This document shows positions 13,596 through 23,944 of a stretch of 64,000 nucleotides of DNA, in pieces (the first letter of the stretch is position 1; each line of letters starts with the position of its first letter). This DNA is from Candidatus Bipolaricaulota bacterium. Lineage in GTDB: Bacteria > Bipolaricaulota > Bipolaricaulia > Bipolaricaulales > Bipolaricaulaceae. The stretch is from positions 1,061 to 65,060 of the forward strand of contig JACIWK010000003.1 in NCBI GenBank assembly GCA_014360985.1, given 5' to 3'. Made by a program: the position numbers and the translations under genes. The notes below the pieces were generated by a model, which had not been told where the DNA came from, did not search any database, and saw nothing but the letters and a program-made list of their open reading frames with translations.

Positions 13596-14483
13596 TCACT
13601 CGCCCGTGAGGCGGACGATCTCCTCCTCCCGTTCCGTCCACTTGGGACGCACCTTCACCTGGAGGGAGAGGAAGACCTTCTTCCCCAGGAGGAGCTCCAG
13701 CTCCTGCCGGGCGAGCGTCCCGATCTCCTTCAGTTTCTGGCCTCCACTCCCGATGACGATCCCCTTCTGGGAATCCTTCGCCACGTGGATCGAGGCGTAG
13801 ATCTCGATCAAGGGCTTGTCCTCCCGCTCTGCGATGTGCTCCACCGTCACCGCAGTGGAGTAGGGGATCTCCTGGAACGTCGTCTGGAACACCTTCTCCC
13901 GGATGAGCTCCGCGGCGAGGAACTCCAGCGGGCGGTCGGTGGAAAGGTCGGGTGGGAAGAGGGGCTCTCCCAGGGGGAGGTGGCCGGTGATCACGGCCAG
14001 TGCCCGGTCGAGGTTCGTTCCCCGGATCGCGGAGATGGGCACGAGGTCGGCGAACATCCCCAGCTCCTCGTAGGCGAGGAGCGTCTCGGGGAGGGAATTG
14101 CCGCGGGCACGATCGCTCTTGTTGATGAGGAGTACCTTCGGGCAGGGGAGGGGCTGAATCTTGGAAAGCACGGTGGCATCGTAGGGATCCACGCTCTCCG
14201 TGGGCTCGACCATGTACGCCACGACATCGACCCCCGCCAGGGCCCGCATCGCTTGCCGTACGAGATGGGAGGAGAGCTTGTTCAGGGGCTGGTGGAGCCC
14301 CGGTGTATCCACGAACACGATCTGGGCCTCGGGGGTGGTGAGGATGCAGCGGATGCGGTTGCGGGTCGTCTGGGGGCGGTCGGAGACGATGACCACCTTC
14401 CGTCCGAGGACGGCGTTGATGAACGTGGACTTCCCGACGTTGGTCTGGCCGAGGACGGCCACCGTGCCCGACCTATAGCTCAT
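13596..14483 (-). CDS. era: GTPase Era
   Basis: GQTNVGKST, QTTR, DTPG, NKSD, C-terminal KH domain (SQKGIVIG). Confidence 0.95.
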   Translation of the reverse strand: MSYRSGTVAVLGQTNVGKSTFINAVLGRKVVIVSDRPQTTRNRIRCILTTPEAQIVFVDTPGLHQPLNKLSSHLVRQAMRALAGVDVVAYMVEPTESVDPYDATVLSKIQPLPCPKVLLINKSDRARGNSLPETLLAYEELGMFADLVPISAIRGTNLDRALAVITGHLPLGEPLFPPDLSTDRPLEFLAAELIREKVFQTTFQEIPYSTAVTVEHIAEREDKPLIEIYASIHVAKDSQKGIVIGSGGQKLKEIGTLARQELELLLGKKVFLSLQVKVRPKWTEREEEIVRLTGE

Positions 14484-15972
14484 GGTGGCCGATCCTGCCC
14501 GCGCGGACTGCCTCGCGCACGGCGGCGATCGTGGGAGAGAGGTCGCGGTCCTCCCCCGGCGGGGGGACGAGCTCGGTCAGCGCCGCGTAGGCGGGGCGGC
14601 TGGCAGAGGCGAGGCCCTCTTCTCCGGCGAACGCCACCGCCCACCGCGCGGCGACCCCCTCCAGCGCGACCTGGGACAAGACGTTCTCCACGATGCGGAG
14701 GCATTTCCAGGCTGAGGTCGCGCCCATCGCGTTGTGGTCCTCCTTGTCGCCCGAGGTGGGGATCGAGTCCACCGCTGCGGGGTGGGCGAGGACCTTGTTC
14801 TCCGCGGCGAGCGCGGCCGCGGTGTACTGGAGGAGCATCAGCCCCGAGCTCGTCCCCGGCTGCGGGGAGAGGAACGGGGGGAGGCCCCTCGCCTCCCCGG
14901 TGAGGAGGAGGGACAGCCGTCGCTCGCAGCTCGCCCCGAGCTCGGCCAACGCCATCCCCAGCCACTCCGCGGCGAAGGCGAGGATCTCCCCGTGGAAGTT
15001 CCCCCCGGAGAGGGCCGTGCCGCCTCCGTCGGGGAGGAGGAGGGGGTTGTCCGTGGCCGCGTTCATTTCCACCCGGAGCCGGCCCTCCACCGCCCACAGG
15101 GTCTCCACCACCGGCCCGAGGAGCTGCGGCAGGCAGCGCAGGGAGTACGGGTCTTGGACATCGCTTGCGTGCCGATCGGTCAGGGCGCTCCCGGCGAGGA
15201 GCTCCCGCAGCCAGGAGGCGACCTGGGCCTGCCCAGGGTGGGGTCGCGCGGCGTGGACCCGCGCGTCGAGCGCCTCTGTCTTTCCCCGAAGGGCCTGGAA
15301 GGACAGCGCCGCGATCCCCACCGCCGCGGTGAGGGCTTGCCATCCCCAGGTCCAGGCGAGGAAGAGGTGAGAGAGCATGTACGCCGTCCCGTTGAGGAGG
15401 GCCAGTCCCTCCTTCGGATCGAGTTCCTCCAGCGGGGATAGTCCGGCCCGGCGGAGGGCTTCCCCCCCGGGAAGGTTCTCCCCATGGACGCGGGCCCGCC
15501 CCTCCCCGAGGAGAGGCAACGCGAGGTGGGCGAGCGGCACGAGGTCGCCGGAGGAGCCGACGGAACCCTGCTCGGGCACGAGGGGATGGACCCCAGCGTT
15601 GAGCATCCCGGCGAGGAGGTCCACCAGCTCCAGGCGCACCCCGGACGCCCCCTGGAGGAACGAGTTCAGCCGGAAGAGGAGCATCCCCCGGACGAGCGGG
15701 TCGGGGAGCGACGGGCCGACCCCCGTGGCGTGAGAGAGAACGATGTTCCGCTGGAGCCGCGTCAGGTCCGCCTCCGGAATGCGCACCGTGGACAGGGCAC
15801 CGAACCCCGTGTTGACCCCGTACACCGGCTCCCCCCGGGCGAGGATCGCGCGGAGCGCTCGGTGCGAAGCGTCGATCTTCGCGCGAGCGGAGGGGGCGAG
15901 GGCGACCGGGCTCCCCCCGAGGATGATCGCCTCCGCGTCCTGGGGCGTGAGATGGCCATCGAGTTCGATCAC
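14473..15972 (-). CDS. hutH: Histidine ammonia-lyase
   Basis: YGVNTGFG, SHATGVG, GSVGSSGDL (MIO motif variant SSG), KEGLALLNGT, QDPYSLRC, SGGNFHG, EDHNAMG. Confidence 0.95.
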   Translation of the reverse strand: MIELDGHLTPQDAEAIILGGSPVALAPSARAKIDASHRALRAILARGEPVYGVNTGFGALSTVRIPEADLTRLQRNIVLSHATGVGPSLPDPLVRGMLLFRLNSFLQGASGVRLELVDLLAGMLNAGVHPLVPEQGSVGSSGDLVPLAHLALPLLGEGRARVHGENLPGGEALRRAGLSPLEELDPKEGLALLNGTAYMLSHLFLAWTWGWQALTAAVGIAALSFQALRGKTEALDARVHAARPHPGQAQVASWLRELLAGSALTDRHASDVQDPYSLRCLPQLLGPVVETLWAVEGRLRVEMNAATDNPLLLPDGGGTALSGGNFHGEILAFAAEWLGMALAELGASCERRLSLLLTGEARGLPPFLSPQPGTSSGLMLLQYTAAALAAENKVLAHPAAVDSIPTSGDKEDHNAMGATSAWKCLRIVENVLSQVALEGVAARWAVAFAGEEGLASASRPAYAALTELVPPPGEDRDLSPTIAAVREAVRAGRIGHHEL

Positions 15973-16035
15973 GGCAGCCCAGTATAGCCGCGGGGTTTTG
16001 CATGGGGTAGCGGAGTCGGTGGGTATACTCGTTTC

Positions 16036-17292
16036 ATGGACCTCCTCGTGTATGGGATCGGCCAGCTCGCCAGCCCGGTCGGGTGGGAGCCGCGGCGGGG
16101 CCCGGCCCAGGGCGAGCTCTCCATCCGGCGCGATGCCTACCTCGTCGTGTGCGAGGGCCGGATCGCCGAGATCGGTGAGGGGCGCAGGCCCCGATTCTCG
16201 GGTCCGGCCCTGGACGCGGGGGGGCGGTGCGTCACCCCCGGGCTCGTGGACCCCCACACCCACGCCGTGTTCGCCGGCTCTCGCGTTCAGGAGTTCGTCG
16301 CCCGGGCACGGGGGGAGCGGTACACGGGCAGCGGGATCCTGAACACAGTTGGCGCCACGCGCGCGGCGAGCGAGGAGGAGCTCGTGGCCCTGGCCCGGCC
16401 CAGGCTCCTCCGCATGCTCGAGCTGGGTACCACCACCGTCGAGGTCAAGTCCGGGTATGGGCTCTCCCCCGCCGACGAGGTCAAGATGCTTCACGCGGTT
16501 CGGCGGCTCGGCGAGGGGCTCCCGATGACGCTCGTCCCGACGTTCATGGGCGCCCACGCCTTCCCACCCGAGCTTCCCCGCGAGGAGTACGAGCGGCTCC
16601 TCGTGGAAGAGATGATCCCCGCCGTGGCCCGGGACGGCCTGGCCCGGTTCTGCGACGTGTTCTGCGACGAGGGGTTCTACACGGTGGACGAGGCACGGGC
16701 GATCCTCGCCGCGGCGCGGGAGCACGGGCTTGGCCTGAAGGTTCATGCCGACGAGCTCGCGCCTGTGGGCGCGGCCGAGCTCGCCGGCGAGCTCTCCGCC
16801 GTCTCCGCCGAGCACCTCCTTCACGTGTCACGAGAAGGGATCCAAGCCCTTGCCCGCGCCGGCACGGTGGCGGTGCTCCTGCCGGGGGCGGCGTTCGTGC
16901 TCGACGAGCCCTACCCCCCCGCCCGGGACCTCATCGCGGCCGGGGTCCCCGTGGCCCTGGGCACGGACTTCAACCCCGGCTCATCGCCGGTCGCGTCGCT
17001 GCCTCTTGTGCTATCGCTCGCTGTTCTGAAGATGAAAATGAGCCCCGAGGAGGTGCTCGTGGGAGCGACCCTCCACGCGGCGGCGGCGGTCGGCCTCGCG
17101 GACAAGGTGGGTTCGCTCGAACCTGGGAAGCGGGCTGACCTCGTGGTGTGGGACACTGAATCGTACGAGGAGATCCCGTACTGGATCGGGCAGAACCTCG
17201 CTTGGGCAGTGGTGGCGGGGGGCCGGCTCGTCGTTCCCTCTCACGTCGAGGGTCTGCCGCGCGGGGCAGAGGAGGATCGATGCGCGGACTGA
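16036..17292 (+). CDS. hutI: Imidazolonepropionase
   Basis: PGLVDPHTHAVF, GTTTVEVKSGYGL, FMGAHA, DVFCD, HADEL, SAEHL, GTDFNPG. Confidence 0.95.
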   Translation: MDLLVYGIGQLASPVGWEPRRGPAQGELSIRRDAYLVVCEGRIAEIGEGRRPRFSGPALDAGGRCVTPGLVDPHTHAVFAGSRVQEFVARARGERYTGSGILNTVGATRAASEEELVALARPRLLRMLELGTTTVEVKSGYGLSPADEVKMLHAVRRLGEGLPMTLVPTFMGAHAFPPELPREEYERLLVEEMIPAVARDGLARFCDVFCDEGFYTVDEARAILAAAREHGLGLKVHADELAPVGAAELAGELSAVSAEHLLHVSREGIQALARAGTVAVLLPGAAFVLDEPYPPARDLIAAGVPVALGTDFNPGSSPVASLPLVLSLAVLKMKMSPEEVLVGATLHAAAAVGLADKVGSLEPGKRADLVVWDTESYEEIPYWIGQNLAWAVVAGGRLVVPSHVEGLPRGAEEDRCAD

Positions 17293-18116
17293 CGGTCCTC
17301 GCCTACGCCAAGCTCAACCTGACGCTGCGCGTGGTCGGCCGAAGGGCCGATGGGTACCACGAGCTCCAGTCCCTGGTCACGGCGGTGGATCTCGCGGACC
17401 GGATCACGCTTGCCCCGGCTGAACACGGGATCACCCTCGACGCTCCGCCCGAGCTCGGTCCTCCCGAGGCGAACCTCGCCTTCCGCGCGGCCCGTGCCCT
17501 CCTCCTCGGCGAGGGGCCCGGGGTGCGGATCACGCTGCGGAAAGGGATTCCAGCCGGGGCAGGGCTCGGGGGAGGGAGCTCCGATGCGGCGGCGGTCCTC
17601 GCCGGCTTGAACGACCTTTTCGCCCTGGGAAAGCCGCTCCACGAGCTCCAGACGATAGGGGCAGGACTCGGGGCGGACGTCCCGTTCTTCCTGGGCCCCA
17701 GTCCGGCGTGGGTGGAAGGGGTCGGAGACAGGATCACGCCGCTCGATGTCCCGCTTCCCGCGGCGTTCCTCATCCTCGTCCCCCCCTTCCGCTGCCCGAC
17801 GCCGGATGTGTACCGGGCGTTCGACGAGCTGGGCCTTCCGCTTTCCCCTCCCGGGCCCCCGCCGGCGGGAGTGGCGATCGCCAACGACCTCTGGCCGGCG
17901 GCGGTTCAGTTGTTCCCCGAACTCCTCGATGTCCAGTCCGCGCTCGCCCGGGTCTCCCCGGGGGGAGCGGGGATGACGGGGTCCGGCTCCGCGCTGTTCG
18001 CCCCGTTTCCCTCGGGGGAGGAAGCCGAGGTGGGACGACGGAGGGTCCGGCCCGATGTGGAGGGGGACCTGTTCATTGCATCCCCCACCCAGTCGGGATA
18101 CCGTATCGCGGGATGA
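17280..18116 (+). CDS. ispE: 4-diphosphocytidyl-2-C-methyl-D-erythritol kinase
   Basis: AKLNLTL.V.G.R.DGYHEL, KGIPAGAGLGGGSSDAA, GADVPFF, MTGSGS. Confidence 0.92.
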   Translation: MRGLTVLAYAKLNLTLRVVGRRADGYHELQSLVTAVDLADRITLAPAEHGITLDAPPELGPPEANLAFRAARALLLGEGPGVRITLRKGIPAGAGLGGGSSDAAAVLAGLNDLFALGKPLHELQTIGAGLGADVPFFLGPSPAWVEGVGDRITPLDVPLPAAFLILVPPFRCPTPDVYRAFDELGLPLSPPGPPPAGVAIANDLWPAAVQLFPELLDVQSALARVSPGGAGMTGSGSALFAPFPSGEEAEVGRRRVRPDVEGDLFIASPTQSGYRIAG

Positions 18117-18730
18117 GGATCGCCATCGACGGACCGGCTGCGGCGGGGAAGACGACCCTTGCCCGTTCGCTGGCCCACGAGCTCGGGTACCTGTTCGTCC
18201 CCACCGGGGCGATGTACCGCGCGGCGGCCCTCGCCCACCAGCGAGGGATCCCCGTGGAGCGCATGGAGATCGCGGTGGGGGAAGGGGGGAGGATCCTTCT
18301 TCAAGGGGAGGACGTGACCCCGCTCCTTCCCCAGCCCGAGCTGGACGAGCTCTCCTCCCAGCTGGCGGTGGACGGTCGGGTCCGGCGGCGCCTCGTGGAG
18401 ATCCAGCGCCGGATCGCCGCGGAGGGGGACGTGGTGATGGAGGGGCGGGACATCGGGACGGTCGTCCTCCCCGATGCGGAGGTGAAGGTCTACCTGTGGG
18501 CCACGGCCGAGGAACGGGCGCGACGGCGCCGCGAGGAACACGGGGGCGAGTTCACGGAGGTCCTCGCGGCCATCCTCCGTCGGGACGAGCGGGACTCCAC
18601 CCGCGCCGATTCCCCCCTCCGGCCGGCTCCCGATGCAGTGGTGGTGGACACGACGGGCAGGACCCCGCAGGAGGTGGTAGCGCTTGTCCGGGATATCGTC
18701 CTGGCGCGCCGTGGGCAGTTGGCTCGCTGA
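18113..18730 (+). CDS. cmk: Cytidylate kinase
   Basis: IAIDGPAAAGKTT, TGAMYRA, VMEGRDIGTVVLPDA, RDERDSTR..SPL. Confidence 0.93.
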   Translation: MRIAIDGPAAAGKTTLARSLAHELGYLFVPTGAMYRAAALAHQRGIPVERMEIAVGEGGRILLQGEDVTPLLPQPELDELSSQLAVDGRVRRRLVEIQRRIAAEGDVVMEGRDIGTVVLPDAEVKVYLWATAEERARRRREEHGGEFTEVLAAILRRDERDSTRADSPLRPAPDAVVVDTTGRTPQEVVALVRDIVLARRGQLAR

Positions 18731-19349
18731 TCGGGTGCGGGACGTCTTCTACGGGTTCCTCGTCGTCCTGTTCTGGCCCCCGGTGACGGTGCTGTTCCGG
18801 TTGTCCGTGCGCGGGCGGTCCCACCTCCGCGCGCGGGGGATCGTCGTCGCTGCGCACCGTTCGTACTGGGACATCTTCGTCCTGTGCGTGGCGTGCGGTC
18901 CCCTGCGCCGGATCACGTTCCTGGCGCGAGAAGGCCTCCTGCGCCATCCCGTGTTCGCCCCGTTCGTGTGGGGGTTCGCCGTGGCGATCGACCGGGAGGC
19001 GTTCGGAGTGCGGGACTTCCGGCGGACGCTCGCCGCGGCGAGCCGGGCGAAGCTTCTCGGGATCTTCCCCGAGGGGACGACCCGGCCTGGGGCACAGCCC
19101 AAGTCGGGCGCGATCCGGCTCGCCGAACGGCTGGACCGCCCCCTCATCCCGGTGAACATCGTCGCCCATGGCCCGTATCCTCCTGTGCGGCTCCTGAAGA
19201 TCCCGGTGCGTTTCCCCCGGATCGAGGTGCGCATCGGCCCTCCCGTCACTGTGGACGAACTGAGTCGTGATCTCCCTCCCGCTCTCCCCCGTTCCGATCG
19301 GCACCGCCTCCTCACCGAGTGGTTGATGGGGCTCATCCAGTCGACGTGA
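18711..19349 (+). CDS. Lysophospholipid acyltransferase (PlsC family)
   Basis: AHRSYWD (HX4D), IFPEGT motif; cmk-plsC-rpsA gene order. Confidence 0.8.
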   Translation: MGSWLADRVRDVFYGFLVVLFWPPVTVLFRLSVRGRSHLRARGIVVAAHRSYWDIFVLCVACGPLRRITFLAREGLLRHPVFAPFVWGFAVAIDREAFGVRDFRRTLAAASRAKLLGIFPEGTTRPGAQPKSGAIRLAERLDRPLIPVNIVAHGPYPPVRLLKIPVRFPRIEVRIGPPVTVDELSRDLPPALPRSDRHRLLTEWLMGLIQST

Positions 19350-19465
19350 TTTGAGCTCCCCCTGAGGCGGGGATATGATCGCCGTGTTTGCCCAGGCGGG
19401 GTTCGCCGTGCGGTTTGCCGAAGATGCGGGCCCGAAAACGGGGAAACCAACGAGGTGGTCTCGGT

Positions 19466-21148
19466 ATGGTGGAGTGGATCCAGATGGAAGAGGCGCTCGA
19501 CGAGAGCGACGTGCGGCTGTTCAGCCGCGGGGACACGGTGCGGGGCCGTGTGGTTCAGGAAGCGGGCCAAGACATCCTCGTCGACATCGGATACAAGTCC
19601 GAGGCCGTCCTCCCCAAGCGCGAGCTCGCCCCTCACCACGAGGTGGCGCAGCCGGGGGAGGAGATCGAGGTCCTCATCACCTATATCGATGAGGAGAACG
19701 GTACGGTGTTCATCTCCGAGCGTCAGGCGTACTTGGCCAAGCGCTACAGCGAGCTCGAGCGGGCGTACAAGGCGGGCACGGCCGTGGCGGGGGTGATCCT
19801 CGACGAGGTCGGGGAGGCGGGGTACAACGTGAGCCTGGGGGGAATTCGCGCCTTCCTTCCCGCGTCCCATCTGGGCAAGGGCATCTCCACCAAGATCGAG
19901 AAGTTGAGGGGCAAGGACCTCGAATTCCGGATCATCGAGTTCTCGCGTCGCAACCGGAACATCGTCGTCTCGCGGCGGGAGTACCTGAAGGAGCTGGAGG
20001 AGAAGGAGCGGGACGCGCTGTTCGCCTCCCTCACCCCGGGATCGGTGGTCGAGGGGACGGTGAAGAGCATCGTCGACTTCGGGGTGTTCGTGGACGTGGG
20101 AGGACACGACGGCCTCGTCCACCGCACCGAGATCTGCTGGAAGGACGTGCCCGTCCCGCCTCCCGACAAGTTCGAGCCTGGGCAGAAGGTCAAGGTGATG
20201 GTCCTCGAGGCGGACCGGGACGAGGGGCGGATCTCGCTGTCCATCAAACGACTGCGCCCGGATCCCTGGCAGGGAATCGCCGAACGCTACCCCCCCAAGA
20301 CGCGTGTCAAGGGGAAGGTTGTGTCCGTGACCGATTTCGGGGCGTTCGTGGAGCTCGAGGAGGATGTGGAGGGCCTCGTTCACATCTCCGAGCTCTCGTG
20401 GACCACCCCCAAGCACCCCCGGGACGTCGTGAGCGAGGGGGACGAGGTGGAAGTGGTCGTGCTGGCAGTGGATGCGGACCGGAAGCGGATCAGCCTTTCT
20501 TTGCGCCGCGCTCTACCCGATCCGTGGGACGACGTCGGCCATCGCTACCCGCGGGGGGCGCTCGTGGAGGGCAAGGTCACCAATGTGACCGACTTCGGGG
20601 CGTTCGTGGAGCTCGAGCAGGGGGTGGAGGGCCTCATCCACATCTCCGAGATCTCCTGGCAACGGGTGGGGCACCCCAAGGAGGTCCTCGAGCCGGGGCA
20701 GAGCGTGCGGGCGATCGTGCTCAAGGTGGACGAGGAGGAACGGCGGATCAGCCTGTCGCTCAGGGCGCTCCAGCAGGACCCGTGGGAGGAGTTCCTCGAG
20801 CAGTACTCGGTGGGGTCGATCGTGTCCGGCCCGGTGACCCAGATCAAGGATTTCGGGGCGTTCGTGCGCCTCACCCCAGCGGTGGAGGGGCTAATCCACG
20901 TGTCCGAGATCTCCGCCGACCGCATCGCCAGCCCCTCCGAGGCCCTCCGCCTGGGGCAGGAGGTCTCGGCGAAGATCATCGGGATCAACGAGTCCAAGCG
21001 CCAGGTGCGCCTGTCGATCAAGAAGATCGCCGAGGACGTGGAGGACGTGGACAAGGACCGGTTCCTCACCGCTCAGACGGGGCGGGAGACGTTCACGCTC
21101 CGGGAGCGGCTGAAGGGCCTCACCGAGGAGGAAGAGGAGGGGGAGTAG
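19466..21148 (+). CDS. rpsA: 30S ribosomal protein S1
   Basis: Six S1 repeats (DFGAFVEL...GLxHISE); promoter-like TTGAGC-16-TATGAT at 19351-19378. Confidence 0.95.
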   Translation: MVEWIQMEEALDESDVRLFSRGDTVRGRVVQEAGQDILVDIGYKSEAVLPKRELAPHHEVAQPGEEIEVLITYIDEENGTVFISERQAYLAKRYSELERAYKAGTAVAGVILDEVGEAGYNVSLGGIRAFLPASHLGKGISTKIEKLRGKDLEFRIIEFSRRNRNIVVSRREYLKELEEKERDALFASLTPGSVVEGTVKSIVDFGVFVDVGGHDGLVHRTEICWKDVPVPPPDKFEPGQKVKVMVLEADRDEGRISLSIKRLRPDPWQGIAERYPPKTRVKGKVVSVTDFGAFVELEEDVEGLVHISELSWTTPKHPRDVVSEGDEVEVVVLAVDADRKRISLSLRRALPDPWDDVGHRYPRGALVEGKVTNVTDFGAFVELEQGVEGLIHISEISWQRVGHPKEVLEPGQSVRAIVLKVDEEERRISLSLRALQQDPWEEFLEQYSVGSIVSGPVTQIKDFGAFVRLTPAVEGLIHVSEISADRIASPSEALRLGQEVSAKIIGINESKRQVRLSIKKIAEDVEDVDKDRFLTAQTGRETFTLRERLKGLTEEEEEGE

Positions 21149-21473
21149 GCACCACGACCACCGCCGCCGCGTAGCGGGCGGTGTGGGTGAGGGAGAGGGG
21201 ATAGCGACGGCCTTGCCAGACGAGGTGGGGCCGTTTCTGTTCCATGACCACCTCCATCTCCCGAAACGGTATGGGACGGCCGAGGGCCTTGCGGAACGCC
21301 TCTTTGGCGGCGAACCGCGCGGCGAAGCGCTGGGCGGCGAGGGGATCGCGCCCCTTCCGGGCGTAGGCGATCTCCGCTGGGGCGAACAGGCGCGCGAGGG
21401 CGCGTTCCCCGCACCGGGCGAGGAGGGCCTCGACCCGGTCCACCTCCACGAGGTCGATCCCTACGGCGAGCAC
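21120..21473 (-). CDS. acpS: Holo-[acyl-carrier-protein] synthase
   Basis: VGIDLVEV.R, RFAAKEAF.KAL, SLTHT..YAAAVV. Confidence 0.9.
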   Translation of the reverse strand: MLAVGIDLVEVDRVEALLARCGERALARLFAPAEIAYARKGRDPLAAQRFAARFAAKEAFRKALGRPIPFREMEVVMEQKRPHLVWQGRRYPLSLTHTARYAAAVVVVPTPPPLPPR

Positions 21474-22093
21474 CGCATGATCCGCGCCCGCTCGGCGGCG
21501 AGGATCGCCTCCACCCGTGCCACCGCCTCCTCCAGGGCGTCGTTCACGACGAGGTAGTCAAACTCGGGGATGGCGCGGATCTCCTCCTCGGCGATCGCGA
21601 GCCTTCTGGCGAGCGCCTCGTCCGACTCCGTCCCGCGGGCGCGGATCCGGCGCCGAAGCTCGTCCCGGCTCGGGGGGATCATGAACACGAGGACCATCGG
21701 GTGGGGGAGGGCGGAGCGACGGAGGGCGAGCGCCCCCTGGACCTCGACGTTGATCAGCAAGTCCTGTCCGGCGGCGAGGCGTCCCGCGACCTCGGCCCAC
21801 GGTGTCCCGTAGCGGTAGCCGCCGTACGTGGTCCACTCGATGAGCGCCCCCTCTTCGATCATCCGGTCGAACGCCTCCTCCGATACGAACGAGTAGTCGC
21901 GCCCGTCCACCTCCTCCGGGCGGCGGGGACGGGTGGTGGCGGACACGGAGAAGGCGAGGTTCGGATCGCGACGCAGGACCTCAGCGATCACGGACGATTT
22001 CCCCGCCCCGGACGGCCCGGCGATGACGAGGGCGATCCCGCGCCCCTCTTGGACGGTCCAACCCGGGGGGAGGAATTCGTCTACGGGCGACAT
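21461..22093 (-). CDS. gmk: Guanylate kinase
   Basis: GPSGAGKS, SVSATTRPRR..EVDGRDY.FV, YGTP, FDYLVVND. Confidence 0.94.
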   Translation of the reverse strand: MSPVDEFLPPGWTVQEGRGIALVIAGPSGAGKSSVIAEVLRRDPNLAFSVSATTRPRRPEEVDGRDYSFVSEEAFDRMIEEGALIEWTTYGGYRYGTPWAEVAGRLAAGQDLLINVEVQGALALRRSALPHPMVLVFMIPPSRDELRRRIRARGTESDEALARRLAIAEEEIRAIPEFDYLVVNDALEEAVARVEAILAAERARIMRCSP

Positions 22094-22175
22094 CGCATCC
22101 CCCGCCTCGTCATCGGCCCACCGCGGGCCTGGTCCCCGCCGGCCGGTGCCCGCCGAGGAGGGATCCTCCCCACGC

Positions 22176-23027
22176 TCACTCCACGTTCCGGGCCTGTTCC
22201 CGGATCCGCTCCACCGCGAGGCGGATCTGGCCTGCGGCTTGAGCGAGGTCCACGGACCGGGCCTTGGCCGACAGTGTCCCCGCTTCGCGCCCCATCTCTT
22301 GGGCGAGGAACTCGATCTCCCGCCCCACCGGCCCCTCCGCATCAAGGAGTTCCTCGAACCGGGCGAGGTGGCTCTTCAACCGATCCAGCTCCTCCTGGAT
22401 GTCGGTCCGTTCCGCCCACAGGACGAGCTCCGTCGCCACCCGCGCCGGGTCGACCTCCACCCCCAGTTCCGCGATGCGCGCGGCGATCCTCTGCCGCGCC
22501 TCGTCGAGGGCCTGCGGGGCAAGTCGTTCCGCGTCCACGATCGCTGCCCGGAGGAGAGCGCCTTCCCGACCGAGAACGTCGCGGAGGTCGGCCCCTTCGC
22601 GCTCCCGCGCCGTGGTCACCGCCTCGATCGCCCCGTCGAGGGCCTGGGCGAGGGCTGGCCACAGCTCCTCCTCGTCCGGTGCCTCTTCGACGAACACGCC
22701 GAGGGAGAGGAGGTGGGTAAGGGACGGTCGATCGGCGAGGCCCAGCTCCTCCTGAAGCCGGGACAGGTCGGACAGGTACTGCCGAGCCGCATCGAGCCCG
22801 AGCCGCTTGGGGCGGGCCCCGTTCTCCCACCGCACGTGGAGGTCGAGGGCCCCCCGTGCGAACGCCGCCCGGAGCCGGTCCTCGCACCGCTGGGCGATCG
22901 CGGGGAGCTCGGCCAGCCCGCGCACCCGCACCTCGAGGAAGCGGTGGTTGAGGCTGCGCAGATCCACCTGCACGGCATGGCCCCCCTGCGCGGCGCGAGC
23001 GCGGCCGAACCCGGTCATGCTACGCAA
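22176..23027 (-). CDS. yicC: YicC/YloC family endoribonuclease
   Basis: (L)RSMTGFG, SLNHRFLE, DIQEELDRL.SH, GREIEFLAQEMGREA.T...K, EQARNVE; upstream of gmk as is usual. Confidence 0.9.
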   Translation of the reverse strand: MRSMTGFGRARAAQGGHAVQVDLRSLNHRFLEVRVRGLAELPAIAQRCEDRLRAAFARGALDLHVRWENGARPKRLGLDAARQYLSDLSRLQEELGLADRPSLTHLLSLGVFVEEAPDEEELWPALAQALDGAIEAVTTAREREGADLRDVLGREGALLRAAIVDAERLAPQALDEARQRIAARIAELGVEVDPARVATELVLWAERTDIQEELDRLKSHLARFEELLDAEGPVGREIEFLAQEMGREAGTLSAKARSVDLAQAAGQIRLAVERIREQARNVE

Positions 23028-23865
23028 CGTCGTCCACCCGCCGGAACAGGACCGCGGCGTAGCCCACCACTTGATCGAGATGCCCGGCGACCTCGCCCGA
23101 GGTGCGGTAGGCGAGGAGCTCGGCCCCGAGGAGCCTCGCGTCGCGAGCCGCGGCGAGGAAGAGGGCGATCGCCCCCACGCCGCAGATCGAGACCCGGTAG
23201 CGGGCCACCGCTGCCAGGAACCCTGCCACATCCAGGTTCAGGATGGGGGCCAGCGCCCGCCGGTCCTTCTCCCGGGCCACGGGATCCGGCTCGTAGTGGG
23301 TGAAATCGCTGGAAGCGAGGAGCGCCACAGGCCGGTCGGTGAGGAGGGAGCCAAGCGCGCTCCCCGCGGCCACGGCAGCCGCCTGGCCCAGGTGCTGCAC
23401 GACCACCGGAACGAGAGGCACCGTGCCGAACAGGTGGCCAAGGAACGGGAGCTGAACCTCCACCGAGTGCTCGTCGCCAAATGGGGCATCGTCTTGATCG
23501 GCCGTCAGCGCGTGGGCGACATCGCGGGACAGGTCGGCGGGCACGGGGACCTCCCCGAGCGGGGTCTCCCACGTCCCCGGCTCCCCCACCGTGATCGGCC
23601 CTCCGAGGCCAGTGTGGTTCGTGCCGAGGATGATCACCGCCTCCGGCCGACCGAGGGCGGCCAGCGCCCGGAAGCCGGCCCCAGCCACGGCACCCGAGTA
23701 ACGGTACCCGGCGTGGGGGAGGATGGCTCCCACCGGCCCGGGGAGGGGTTCGGGGCGGACCGCCACTGGCCCGTTCCCGCCGAGGGCGGCCTCGATCTCA
23801 TCGCGAAGCCGCCGGGGATCAGCCGGGTAGAACGTTCCCGCCGCGCATGGCCAGCGCCGTCCCAT
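23020..23865 (-). CDS. AmmeMemoRadiSam system protein B (MEMO1 family)
   Basis: AGTFYP, PHAGYRYSG, EHSVEVQLPFL, ASSDFTHY, SICG, TSG, VVGYAA. Confidence 0.92.
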   Translation of the reverse strand: MGRRWPCAAGTFYPADPRRLRDEIEAALGGNGPVAVRPEPLPGPVGAILPHAGYRYSGAVAGAGFRALAALGRPEAVIILGTNHTGLGGPITVGEPGTWETPLGEVPVPADLSRDVAHALTADQDDAPFGDEHSVEVQLPFLGHLFGTVPLVPVVVQHLGQAAAVAAGSALGSLLTDRPVALLASSDFTHYEPDPVAREKDRRALAPILNLDVAGFLAAVARYRVSICGVGAIALFLAAARDARLLGAELLAYRTSGEVAGHLDQVVGYAAVLFRRVDDVA

Positions 23866-23944
23866 CGGCTCATTGTACTGGGGATGGAATCGGGAACGCA
23901 ATGGTTGCCCCCTGGGACGGGTAGGGCTAGAATCCCACCGCCCC

